The position numbers and the translations under genes are program-made. The notes under the pieces were generated by a model that saw nothing but the letters and a program-made list of their open reading frames with translations, searched no databases and was not told the DNA's origin. Of a DNA stretch of 40,606 nucleotides, positions 32,819-40,516 are shown piece after piece (the stretch's first letter is position 1; every line of letters starts with the position of its first letter). The stretch lies in IMG/VR virus record IMGVR_UViG_3300046747_000228. One strand, 5' to 3'. Source of the stretch: a virus.

Positions 32819-33573
32819 GATGCCTCTCTTTCGGCGCGTAGGGCGCGCACCCTCGCCGCTTGCTCGGGTAGGTCGTCGCGTTTCCAGCGACGGTATATCG
32901 GTCGGTCCTTCGCGTACTGCTCGGGCGCGTTGACTCGCCGGTACTGCTCATCGAGCTCGGCTCGCCGCCCCGCGTACGGGTTGAGGTGGTCGATCAGCAC
33001 GTCGCCGAGGAACCGGTACGCGCCGGCCGCGGCGGCGAGATCCCGCACCGCGTCGTCGCAGTAGAGGTGCTCGACGCCGGCCGGCACCATGCGGCCGAGC
33101 TCGTGCACGATGTCCGCGGTCATCGCCCACTGCGTAGGCAGGTCGTCGGTTCGGTAACCGTCCGGACAGGAGACGACACCCGTGCCGAGATCGCGCAGCG
33201 CGGATAGGTAGCGGCCGACCCACCCGGGTGTCCGCGGACGGTGGTCGTCGCCCGCGAAGCCGAGCGCGTACGTTCCGGCGAGCAGCAGGTCGACGGCCGC
33301 TTCGTTGAGCTTCGGCACGAGCGGCGCCCACTGCGGGATGACAGACCACGTGATGAGGCGCTCGCCGCGACAGGCGGCGAGATAGCGAGCGGCGTCGAGG
33401 GCCGTGACGTACTCGTCATATGCCGGATCATCGGCGTCGATCACGAAGCTGAGCTCGGCGCCGTCGTCGAAGGCGCCCGTCTCGCGCCACGCTGCGACAA
33501 CCTCGGGAACGTTGCCCGGACGCGAGCGTGTCGGCACGATGACGATGAGGGGCGCGTTCATACGGAAAAGCAT
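32815..33573 (-). CDS. Putative glycosyltransferase (GT-A-like)
   Basis: 252-aa product LIVIVPTRSRPGNV...ELSFVIDADDPAY...FAGDDH fits a GT-A Rossmann-like N-terminus with a DxD motif. ATG 33561 is an alternative start. Confidence 0.55.
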   Translation of the reverse strand: MLFRMNAPLIVIVPTRSRPGNVPEVVAAWRETGAFDDGAELSFVIDADDPAYDEYVTALDAARYLAACRGERLITWSVIPQWAPLVPKLNEAAVDLLLAGTYALGFAGDDHRPRTPGWVGRYLSALRDLGTGVVSCPDGYRTDDLPTQWAMTADIVHELGRMVPAGVEHLYCDDAVRDLAAAAGAYRFLGDVLIDHLNPYAGRRAELDEQYRRVNAPEQYAKDRPIYRRWKRDDLPEQAARVRALRAEREAS

Positions 33574-33618
33574 AGACGTTCGGATGATTTTTTGATGAAA
33601 CGCAGCTCAGGGGGTAGA

Positions 33619-33629
33619 AACCTAGCAGG
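33619..33629 (-). promoter_or_regulatory. Single CTAGG promoter element that could restart leftward transcription after the opposite-strand gene
   Basis: The minus strand reads CCTGCTAGGTT (TGcTAGGTT), about 45 nt upstream of ATG 33573. It lies in an AT-richer intergenic region (33574-33679). Confidence 0.45.
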
Positions 33630-33679
33630 TTTGGCGATAGGCTCACTGCGTAAGCCCGACCGAACGAGGGAGACCCGAA

Positions 33680-34141
33680 ATGAACGGCATCGAGCGAGCG
33701 AACTGGACGATCGCCTACCGGAAGCCGCGGGCGAACCGCTTCCTGCGCGTGGCGACCTGGTCCGGCACCTGGTCGCAAGCTATGGGCATGCGGCGGTTGT
33801 TCGCCACGGCGAACCCCGAGCTCGAGGTCTACTGCACCTCGAGCCGCGCGGCCGAGATCGAGGGTTTCGTCATCGAGGAGGACTGCCGGAACATCCTGGT
33901 CGACTCGGGTCGTCGGGTGCGCATCTTCGAGACCGACGTCGAGTTGCCGGCCGAAATGGTCGCTCGCATCCCCGCGGCCGAGGTCGCCCGCGAGCGGTGG
34001 ATCGACGCCGAGCCGATCGCCGACGCCGCCGGACAGGGCTTCGAGGTCGCCCTGCGCGAAGGTGTCGTGCTCGCCGTCCGGGCGGCCGACTGGCACGAGG
34101 CGATCGTCGCGAACGCGGCGCGGGCGCTGCTTACCGCCTAG
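33680..34141 (+). CDS. Hypothetical protein encoded opposite to the structural operon
   Basis: 153-aa product MNGIERANWTIAYRKPRANRFLRVATWSG..., with GAGGGAG upstream. A possible -10, TAGGCT, lies at 33637-33642. Its TAG overlaps the TAG of the convergent GT2 gene through a shared CTAG. Confidence 0.65.
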   Translation: MNGIERANWTIAYRKPRANRFLRVATWSGTWSQAMGMRRLFATANPELEVYCTSSRAAEIEGFVIEEDCRNILVDSGRRVRIFETDVELPAEMVARIPAAEVARERWIDAEPIADAAGQGFEVALREGVVLAVRAADWHEAIVANAARALLTA

Positions 34142-34803
34142 TCGTCGCTCTCGTGGTGCCACGCGAAGGCGGGATGGTCGATTGCCGGCCGCCCCGCCTT
34201 CGGCACGATCGTCTTCGGGTCTTGCCATGAGGTCGTGTCGTCGCGGAACAGGTAGTGATACATGATCTTGTCGATATACGACTCGGTCACGAGGTGGCGA
34301 CGCACCTGCTTGACCCACACGCGATCTTCGGCGCGGCCGGAGCGGCAGAGCGAGAACAGACCCTCGCGGGCGAAGACCGCTCGGATGGGGTCAAGGTGCG
34401 TGAAGTCGCGATGAAGCACACCATCGGTCCGTCCCCAACGGCTATACCTGAGCGAGTGCTCGACGATCTCGCGGCCAGTGTCGTTGGTCGTGTACTCGAG
34501 TTTGAATCCCACGTGATCCGGCCGGCTTACGAGCGCGTTGACGATCTCGGCGACGTAGTACTCGGGCACGAGGTCGTCGTCGTCGATGAATGAGACGTAC
34601 TCGGCGCCGGCGGCGATCGCCGCGGCGATCAGCCCATCGCGGATCTCGCCGAGCGTCGGCCGCCCGTTATTCCGCCACGCGAGCAGGCGCACCTGCGGGT
34701 AGGCGTCGAGCTGCGGCAGCAAGACGCCCATCAGGCGCGCGAAGAGCTCTTCACGCTGGCCTAGGGTGGGCACAAGGATTGTCCATTTCGGGTCATTCGT
34801 CAC
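34138..34803 (-). CDS. Glycosyltransferase family 2
   Basis: 221-aa product WTILVPTLGQREELFARLMGVLLPQL...AGAEYVSFIDDDDLV is a canonical GT2 N-terminal pattern with a DxD motif. It has a GTGA overlap with the upstream methyltransferase gene. Confidence 0.75.
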   Translation of the reverse strand: MTNDPKWTILVPTLGQREELFARLMGVLLPQLDAYPQVRLLAWRNNGRPTLGEIRDGLIAAAIAAGAEYVSFIDDDDLVPEYYVAEIVNALVSRPDHVGFKLEYTTNDTGREIVEHSLRYSRWGRTDGVLHRDFTHLDPIRAVFAREGLFSLCRSGRAEDRVWVKQVRRHLVTESYIDKIMYHYLFRDDTTSWQDPKTIVPKAGRPAIDHPAFAWHHESDD

Positions 34804-35426
34804 AGTTGTTCTCCGTGCCGTCGGGGCGTTAGCAGGACATCGGACCAGCGCTCGTCACGCTTCCATTGAATGCGCGGCGCCCACCCCTCGACCTCCGCCC
34901 ACTCGAGCAGGTCGGGCCAGTACGCGCCGGGGGCGTCGGCGCCTTCAGATTGCGTCTCGATGATGATGAGATCGAGCCGGCCGAGATCCGCCGTGCGCAG
35001 CGCATCGAGCTCGGTTCCCTGCGTGTCGACGATCAGTACGTTGCCGAAGGTCTGCCCCTGAATCGCAGAGATCGGCACGACGTCGACGAGAAACGCGTCG
35101 GTCTGCTCGTGCCGGCCGTCGCGCATGAGCCCGGAAAACGACGTGTCCGCCATACGGTGGAACTCGGCGCGCCCCTGCTGCCCGCAGGCCACATTGACGA
35201 TGCCGACGCGCGGGTCGGCGATCCACGGTTGCCCTGCCATGACGCCGCAGCTTTGCGGGTCTGGCTCGACGAGCGTGATCCGCTCAAAGCTGCAGTCGAG
35301 ATAGAGCGGCACCTCCTGCCCGTGGTGGGCGCCAATGTGGATCACGCCGACCGGGCGGATGCGGAGCTCTTCGAGCGCGTCGCCGATCAGTCGAAGGGAC
35401 CAGCGCCAATCGCGGATGATCTTCAC
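34800..35426 (-). CDS. FkbM-family SAM-dependent methyltransferase
   Basis: 208-aa product GVIHIGAHHGQEVPLY...ITLVEPDP...LIVDTQGTELDALRTADL matches the FkbM (Methyltransf_21) motif order. It has a GTGA overlap with the adaptor gene. Confidence 0.75.
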   Translation of the reverse strand: MKIIRDWRWSLRLIGDALEELRIRPVGVIHIGAHHGQEVPLYLDCSFERITLVEPDPQSCGVMAGQPWIADPRVGIVNVACGQQGRAEFHRMADTSFSGLMRDGRHEQTDAFLVDVVPISAIQGQTFGNVLIVDTQGTELDALRTADLGRLDLIIIETQSEGADAPGAYWPDLLEWAEVEGWAPRIQWKRDERWSDVLLTPRRHGEQL

Positions 35427-35776
35427 GTATTGCTCCCTTCCGGCTGCAGCTGCTCGCAGTCCGCGCGTAGGTACACCCGGTCAGACGGCGTAACGGTCGA
35501 CTTCACGCGCAGATCATCGCCGTCGTCGAGCGCGATGAGGTGGTCGCCGCGGCGCACGTCGGCCGACGGTTTGAAGTGCGCGATCACAGAGAACGCGGCC
35601 TGCGCTTGCATCGCCTCGAGCTGCTCGACGCTCGCGGGCTGCGACACCTTCGCGCGCACGACGCCGTGATCGACCTCGGCGACGCTCGCGCCCCCGACGT
35701 CATCGCGCGTGGTCGTTGGTCGCATCACCCGAAAACGCCGGTTGAGCTCGTGCGTTCCGATCTCGCCGTCCCTCAT
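35423..35776 (-). CDS. Head-tail adaptor (head closure) protein
   Basis: 117-aa ORF. Its size, position after the connector gene and overall sequence are consistent with SPP1 gp16-like head-tail joining proteins. Confidence 0.6.
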   Translation of the reverse strand: MRDGEIGTHELNRRFRVMRPTTTRDDVGGASVAEVDHGVVRAKVSQPASVEQLEAMQAQAAFSVIAHFKPSADVRRGDHLIALDDGDDLRVKSTVTPSDRVYLRADCEQLQPEGSNT

Positions 35777-36492
35777 CAGTAGACCACTTCATCGAGGTCC
35801 GAGTTGTCGGCGCTGTAAGGGCTCACGAGGGTGACCGAGCGGAACGACGACCGGGTGCCGAACCTGCGCACGTCGATTTCCTCCTGCTCTGTGAGGTAGA
35901 CCGCCTCGCCCCCCTGCAGCCCGGAACGGTCGTAACTCGTCGTCCGGTCGCCGGTTGTGCGCTGCGAGAGCGCGTGCGGGTTGTCGAAGGCTCGGGCGGC
36001 CGACGCCACGCAGATACGGGCTATGCGCCGCGGCACGGCGTCGAGCGCGTTCGTGCCCGTCACGAGCCAGGTCTTGCCGGCAATGTCGCGGATTAGCTCG
36101 CTTGCTTCGTCGAGCAGGTACTCGGCGCGGTCGCGCTCGGTCTCGTCGAAGTCGTCGGCCGCCGCGCCGAGCTTGCGCGCGAGCATGGCGAAGCTACCGA
36201 GCGGCGGCACTTCGTCGTCGACGGCGCCCACGTAGAAGTAGCCGTCGGACGTGTCGGCGATGCCCCCCGTGATGTCCCACACGTACGCGTAGCGGCCGAC
36301 GACCGCCACCTCTGCCGGCGGAATGATGACGTCGAGGATGCCGGTACCGCCCGAGCTCGTCACGCCGGCGTACGTGGTGCCGTCGGTCTTCGTGAGCGTG
36401 AGGCTTCCCGAGATCCCTACCGGCGCTCCGGTATCCGGGTCGGTCGCCGTGTAGCGAAGCGGCACCGGGTCGCCGAAATCGTATCGCCGCAT
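35776..36492 (-). CDS. Head-tail connector (gp6-like) with an N-terminal beta-rich extension
   Basis: 238-aa ORF. The C-terminal half (DDFDETERDRAEYLLDEASELIRDIAGKTW) resembles gp6-like connector proteins. The N-terminal roughly 100 aa form an extra Thr/Gly-rich domain. Confidence 0.6.
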   Translation of the reverse strand: MRRYDFGDPVPLRYTATDPDTGAPVGISGSLTLTKTDGTTYAGVTSSGGTGILDVIIPPAEVAVVGRYAYVWDITGGIADTSDGYFYVGAVDDEVPPLGSFAMLARKLGAAADDFDETERDRAEYLLDEASELIRDIAGKTWLVTGTNALDAVPRRIARICVASAARAFDNPHALSQRTTGDRTTSYDRSGLQGGEAVYLTEQEEIDVRRFGTRSSFRSVTLVSPYSADNSDLDEVVY

Positions 36493-36507
36493 GCTGGCCG
36501 CCTCTCC

Positions 36508-37368
36508 CTAGTCCGCGACTCGTACGCGGGTAACGATACGGCCGGGTGCCGGCCGCGAGGTGGAGACGGCGCCCGGTCCGCGGTTGACGAGCCGCGGCGC
36601 GACGACCCGCGCGGCGCTGCCATTCGATCCGGCCGACGATGGCGCGAGATTCAAGCCGAGCGCGACGGCGCCGGCCGCCTCACGCACGCACGCGGCGGCG
36701 AGGCCGAGGTCGAGCGTCACGGCCACGGCGCCGGCATGCCGTGTCGCGCCGGCGGCCGAGACGGCGAGGTCGAGACCGGCGTCGGCCGTGCCCTCGTGCG
36801 CTGTAGCGCCGGCGGCCGAGACGGCGAGGTCGAGCCCGACGTCGACCGTGCCCTCGTTCGGTCCAACGTCGGCCGGCACAAACACGACGTCGACGAAGTA
36901 GCAACCGCTTCCTGAGGCGTTCGTCGGGAATATGGTCTCGGTGCCGCCGGTAACGGCGAAGCGGCCGGCGTCGGCCGGCGTACTCAGGTCGCCATTCGTG
37001 AGTGGCCACGGGGAGCTAGCGCCGGTCGACGCGACGTACCGGTCGGGGGTGCGGATTGCCGCGCAGTAGGTAACGCCGGCCGTGACCGAGATCGCGGAGG
37101 CGAGCGCAACCTCGTTCCACTGGTCAAGGTCGCCCGGAACGGGGAACGCGACGTCGGGCTCGGCCGCGAGCTTGGCACTGTCGCTGTTGCGGAACAACGA
37201 CGCCTTGACCGCCTGGTCAAAGGGCTGCGCGGTGAACGGGAACCACCACCGAATAGCCGTGATGGTGCCGTCGACGGCCGGCGTGAAGTAGGTTCCGAGC
37301 GTGTAGACCGTGCCGTCCGACGCGTCGTGAAAGACCGGAACCTGACTCGTGAAGAGCGACTCGGTCAC
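36508..37368 (-). CDS. DUF4082-domain protein with four C-terminal 20-aa repeats (candidate capsid decoration or adhesin)
   Basis: 286-aa ORF. The N-terminus YTLGTYFTPAVDGTITAIRWWF...GVTYCAAI fits the DUF4082 pattern. The C-terminus holds the repeats GTVDVGLDLAVSAAGATAHE, GTADAGLDLAVSAAGATRHA, GAVAVTLDLGLAAACVREAA and GAVALGLNLAPSSAGSNGSA. Confidence 0.6.
   Translation of the reverse strand: MTESLFTSQVPVFHDASDGTVYTLGTYFTPAVDGTITAIRWWFPFTAQPFDQAVKASLFRNSDSAKLAAEPDVAFPVPGDLDQWNEVALASAISVTAGVTYCAAIRTPDRYVASTGASSPWPLTNGDLSTPADAGRFAVTGGTETIFPTNASGSGCYFVDVVFVPADVGPNEGTVDVGLDLAVSAAGATAHEGTADAGLDLAVSAAGATRHAGAVAVTLDLGLAAACVREAAGAVALGLNLAPSSAGSNGSAARVVAPRLVNRGPGAVSTSRPAPGRIVTRVRVAD
36613..36852 (-). 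repeat. In-frame tandem repeat, 4 units of 60 bp
   Basis: The 29-mer gcgccggcggccgagacggcgaggtcgag is exact at 36746-36774 and 36806-36834, a period of exactly 60 bp. The flanking units are more diverged. Confidence 0.85.
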
Positions 37369-37378
37369 GGCGCCCCGC

Positions 37379-37714
37379 TCAGGTCGACGAGCCGGTAACA
37401 GTCAGGCTCGTGATGCTGTACTCGCCCGCCGCGTTGAAGGTCTGGTCACCCGTGAGCGCGTCGTAACCGTAGAACGTGCCGGCCGTCGACGCGCTGTAAA
37501 ACAGAGCGTGCGTCGCGCCGGCACCCGGGGTGCCGGTGAAGTCGTAGGGCACGCCGGTCGCGGTGATGACGCCGGCGGCGACGGTGCTCGCGAGCTGCAC
37601 GCGCGCGGCCGAGGTCTGATTGCCGGACGCGTTGCCGTTGCCGATGGCAACCCAGATGACCGCTTCATTGCCGTCCTCGAGTACGGCATTGATGCCTGCT
37701 GTGTTCAGGGGCAC
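37379..37714 (-). CDS. Hypothetical structural protein downstream of the capsid gene
   Basis: 111-aa Gly/Ala/Thr-rich ORF starting at GTG 37714. It lies between the major capsid gene and the DUF4082 gene. Confidence 0.6.
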   Translation of the reverse strand: MPLNTAGINAVLEDGNEAVIWVAIGNGNASGNQTSAARVQLASTVAAGVITATGVPYDFTGTPGAGATHALFYSASTAGTFYGYDALTGDQTFNAAGEYSITSLTVTGSST

Positions 37715-37746
37715 GGCGTACGCCCATCCTCTCTAGGGGTGCGAGA

Positions 37747-37779
37747 CCGCGCGCTGCCCCGGGGGGAGGCAGCGCGCGG
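37747..37779 (-). terminator. Stem-loop just downstream of the major capsid gene (terminator or attenuator candidate)
   Basis: Perfect 12-bp arms CCGCGCGCTGCC (37747-37758) and GGCAGCGCGCGG (37768-37779). It starts 15 nt after the capsid stop at 37794. There is no U-tract. Confidence 0.45.
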
Positions 37780-37793
37780 CGACGGTGGGCGGG

Positions 37794-38768
37794 TTAGGAG
37801 CCGGACCGGATCGCGACCGCGCGCACGAGGTGCGAGGCGCTGTTCGGGTCGGTCGGAGTGATGGGGTCGTTCACGGTCGCCGTGCCGACCCATGCGTTGA
37901 CGAGCGATCGGTCGGTCGTGTTCGTGTAGTCGTAGTCCATCAGCCAGCGGACCGACACGCCGTTGTAGAACTGCGCCTCGCCCGCGCGAGCGCCCGCCTG
38001 CTGCGTCTGCCCGAAGGTCGCGCCCCGCGGGACGAGCGGCGCCCGGGTAGCGAGCACGAAAGCGGTCCGGTGGTACGCGTACGCGACGTCGTCGTCGATC
38101 TGGGTGGTGGGAACGACGGCGAGTCCCGCGATCATGCCGATCATCCGGCGCCGCAGGGCGTCGGTAACCTCGGGACCGATCGCGTCGAAGCGGGCGAAGC
38201 GGTCGTCGGTGACGATCTGCTCCTTCACGTCGGCGCCGACGAGCAGGTACCGGTCGTCCTCGGGCACGTTCTGCTTGTCGAGCAGCTTCGCGGCGCGAGC
38301 GGCCACGAGGTACCAATCGGTCGAGCCCGAGACGAGAAACTCGGTGTCGGTCGGGTCGATCGTGTTGACGTAGGTCGCGTTCTCGATCTCATCGATCGCC
38401 TCATCCTCGATGCCCTCGACGACGGCGCGCACCTGCGGGGAAAGCACCTGCGTCGCAAAGTCGGTGATGTCGAGGGTGAGCTCTTCGTCGGTGATCGGGG
38501 CGCCGTTGTAAACGTCGGTCGTGAGCTGCACGGGCACGCCGAACTCGTTCGACGCGTCGTTGACGATCGCCGTGCCGGCACGCAGGGTGCGCTTACGGGC
38601 GGTCCGGCGAGCAGGGACGCGCATGGTCACGGTGTCGTTCAGGGCGCCGGTGAACTCACCCGGGTTGACGGCGTCGGTCCACAGAGTCTTGCCGACCACA
38701 AGGTCGCGGTACAGCAGGCCGACGGCCGCACGCGCGATGACGGTTGGCTTAAGGAACTTGTTAGCCAC
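37794..38768 (-). CDS. Major capsid protein
   Basis: 324-aa ORF starting at GTG 38768 after GGGAG, directly downstream of the scaffold gene. The N-terminus MANKFLKPTVIARAAVGLLYRDLVVGKTLW and the size fit the actinophage HK97-fold/P22-coat-like capsid families. Confidence 0.8.
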   Translation of the reverse strand: MANKFLKPTVIARAAVGLLYRDLVVGKTLWTDAVNPGEFTGALNDTVTMRVPARRTARKRTLRAGTAIVNDASNEFGVPVQLTTDVYNGAPITDEELTLDITDFATQVLSPQVRAVVEGIEDEAIDEIENATYVNTIDPTDTEFLVSGSTDWYLVAARAAKLLDKQNVPEDDRYLLVGADVKEQIVTDDRFARFDAIGPEVTDALRRRMIGMIAGLAVVPTTQIDDDVAYAYHRTAFVLATRAPLVPRGATFGQTQQAGARAGEAQFYNGVSVRWLMDYDYTNTTDRSLVNAWVGTATVNDPITPTDPNSASHLVRAVAIRSGS

Positions 38769-38818
38769 GCGGGCTCACTCCCATCTATGCGCGGCCGGCG
38801 TTCCCGTACCGCTGCGGT

Positions 38819-39427
38819 TTAGCGTCGCGGGACTTTCGCGACGAGCTCTAAGGGATCCATCTTCTCGAGGTCGGGCTCGGCGCCCGTTGTGCCCGGGGCG
38901 CCCGAGCGCAGCGTTTCTTTCGGCCGGCGGCCGGCGGCCGGCGTGCGCTGCGCGTCGGTCTCGCCTCCCTGCTGCGCATCATCGGTGCCGTCGCCTTCGG
39001 TCCCCTTGCCGGCATCGCCGTCGGTTTCCGTGGTCGTCTTCGTGGTGGTCGTCTTCGCCTTACGCGCCGCGACGTCGATGCCGAGGTCGTCGACGAGCTC
39101 CTGCGCGTCGGCACGCAGCTCGTCGGCACTCTTGCCGGACAGTCGCCGCGCCTCCTTCCGCGTCAAGCCGAACTCGTCGGCGACGTCACGCCGCGCGACC
39201 TCGAGATCGGCAGACTCGGCGCGCTTGGCAAGCGCGGTCATCTGCTCAGTCAACTTGTCGAGCTGCGACTTGCTCTTGTCGGCATTGCTCGCCGCCGCTT
39301 TGAGGTCGTCGTAATCGGCGTACTTCGCGTTGAGCTTCTCCCGCTCCCGATGCGCCCCCGCCGCGGCAGCGCGGTCGAGGTCAGCCTGCGTGAACGTCTT
39401 CGTGCCCGACTCTCCGTCGTCACCCAT
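38819..39427 (-). CDS. Scaffolding protein
   Basis: 202-aa highly charged helical protein (DLDRAAAAGAHREREKLNAKYADYDDLKAAA...). It lies between the MuF-like and capsid genes. ATG 39427 is preceded by GGAG. Confidence 0.7.
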   Translation of the reverse strand: MGDDGESGTKTFTQADLDRAAAAGAHREREKLNAKYADYDDLKAAASNADKSKSQLDKLTEQMTALAKRAESADLEVARRDVADEFGLTRKEARRLSGKSADELRADAQELVDDLGIDVAARKAKTTTTKTTTETDGDAGKGTEGDGTDDAQQGGETDAQRTPAAGRRPKETLRSGAPGTTGAEPDLEKMDPLELVAKVPRR

Positions 39428-40235
39428 TGCCCGAGTCTCCGCTCGTATACTGCCCCGCTGCGGGTCGACCGTTGTCGAGCCATCTGCGGTAGTTATTGAG
39501 AGCATTATTGCTTGTGTCTACCGACATTGTGCCACTCGCCTTCGCCCATGCTTGCGCGTCGCGGAATTCGGCGTGGAACTTGTCGGACTGAGCGGCAACG
39601 CCGACGGCCGCGGGGTCGCCGCGGTACACGGGCTCGGGCATGCATGAGCAGTGATCGTGCGGGTGGAATTCGGCCGTTTGCTCCGATTTGTACGCAGGTC
39701 CACGAGCAGCAAGCGAGCGGCAGAACGCGCACGGATCGCCGCTCGTCGCCCGCAACCAGCCGAGCGCGCGGCCGTCGGTCGCCGTGCCGTCGATGATCGT
39801 TTGCCGGCCGCCCCCGAGCACGAGCTTCGTGAGCTCACCCGAGACCTTGATCAGACCCTGATCCTTCGCACCCGACATCGTCATGCCCGCGCGGCGGCCG
39901 TCGAGGATGCCCTTAAGGGCAGCGCCCCGCAGTTGTCCGGCCATCAAGACGAGCGCCGGCGTCACGGCGACCGTGACGCCGGCGGCGACGGCGCTCGCGA
40001 GCTCGATCCTGCGAAACAGGCCGTAGTAAGTGGCGCCGGCCGCGGCCGACTGGTCGAATCCACTACCCGCGATACCCGCTGCGGCCTGCGCGAAGGGGTC
40101 GATCGTGCCGGACAAATTCTCGACGTCGACCAACGGCCAGATGCGCATGAGCGCTTGCAGCGAACGAGCCCGCACGGCGAGCTGTGCCGTGCGGTTGATG
40201 TTCGTGAGCTGCGCGCCCGCGGCCGTGAGCGCCAT
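39420..40235 (-). CDS. MuF-like minor capsid (head morphogenesis) protein
   Basis: 271-aa ORF. The C-terminal SGDPCAFCRSLAARGPAY...HPHDHCSCMPEPV is the characteristic Cys/His motif of MuF/SPP1 gp7-like proteins. ATG 40235 shares a base with the upstream TGA. Confidence 0.7.
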   Translation of the reverse strand: MALTAAGAQLTNINRTAQLAVRARSLQALMRIWPLVDVENLSGTIDPFAQAAAGIAGSGFDQSAAAGATYYGLFRRIELASAVAAGVTVAVTPALVLMAGQLRGAALKGILDGRRAGMTMSGAKDQGLIKVSGELTKLVLGGGRQTIIDGTATDGRALGWLRATSGDPCAFCRSLAARGPAYKSEQTAEFHPHDHCSCMPEPVYRGDPAAVGVAAQSDKFHAEFRDAQAWAKASGTMSVDTSNNALNNYRRWLDNGRPAAGQYTSGDSGNG

Positions 40236-40516
40236 CAGAGAAATTCCGTCGTGGGTGCCTCGGCCCACGCGATCGAATCCTGACGGTATCGGCGGCCGAG
40301 ATCCGCGAGCCGTCGCCGCAGCACGCCAACCGATGATGCCTGCGGCTCGATGCACCAACACGCGTTTTGCCACGGCGCATGCGGCAGGGACGTCCACTTG
40401 CCGTGGAACTCAGCGGCCGATTCTTTGATCGCGGTGTTGACCTCGGCGACGAATTCCGACCATTCCCGCTGAGTAAGGCGGTCGTCGCTGTTGCCGATCG
40501 AGACGTAAACCGTCAC
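40235..40516 (-). CDS. Hypothetical protein between the portal and MuF-like genes
   Basis: 93-aa ORF. GTG 40516 lies in the terminal repeat and overlaps the portal stop (GTGA, equivalent to positions 34-37). Confidence 0.6.
   Translation of the reverse strand: MTVYVSIGNSDDRLTQREWSEFVAEVNTAIKESAAEFHGKWTSLPHAPWQNACWCIEPQASSVGVLRRRLADLGRRYRQDSIAWAEAPTTEFL

Noticed and set aside
36613-36852. Regular 60-bp repeats (and the 48-bp repeats at 19668-19790) as a possible CRISPR array or satellite
   Set aside because: Both are in frame inside well-supported ORFs. They are contiguous with no unique spacers, and they translate into sensible peptide repeats.
37716-37733. 13-nt identity AGAGAGGATGGGC upstream of both the small terminase gene (reverse complement of 4783-4795) and the 111-aa gene
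   Set aside because: It contains the SD core GAGG and is most simply a shared ribosome-binding context. Two occurrences are too few to call a new regulatory element.
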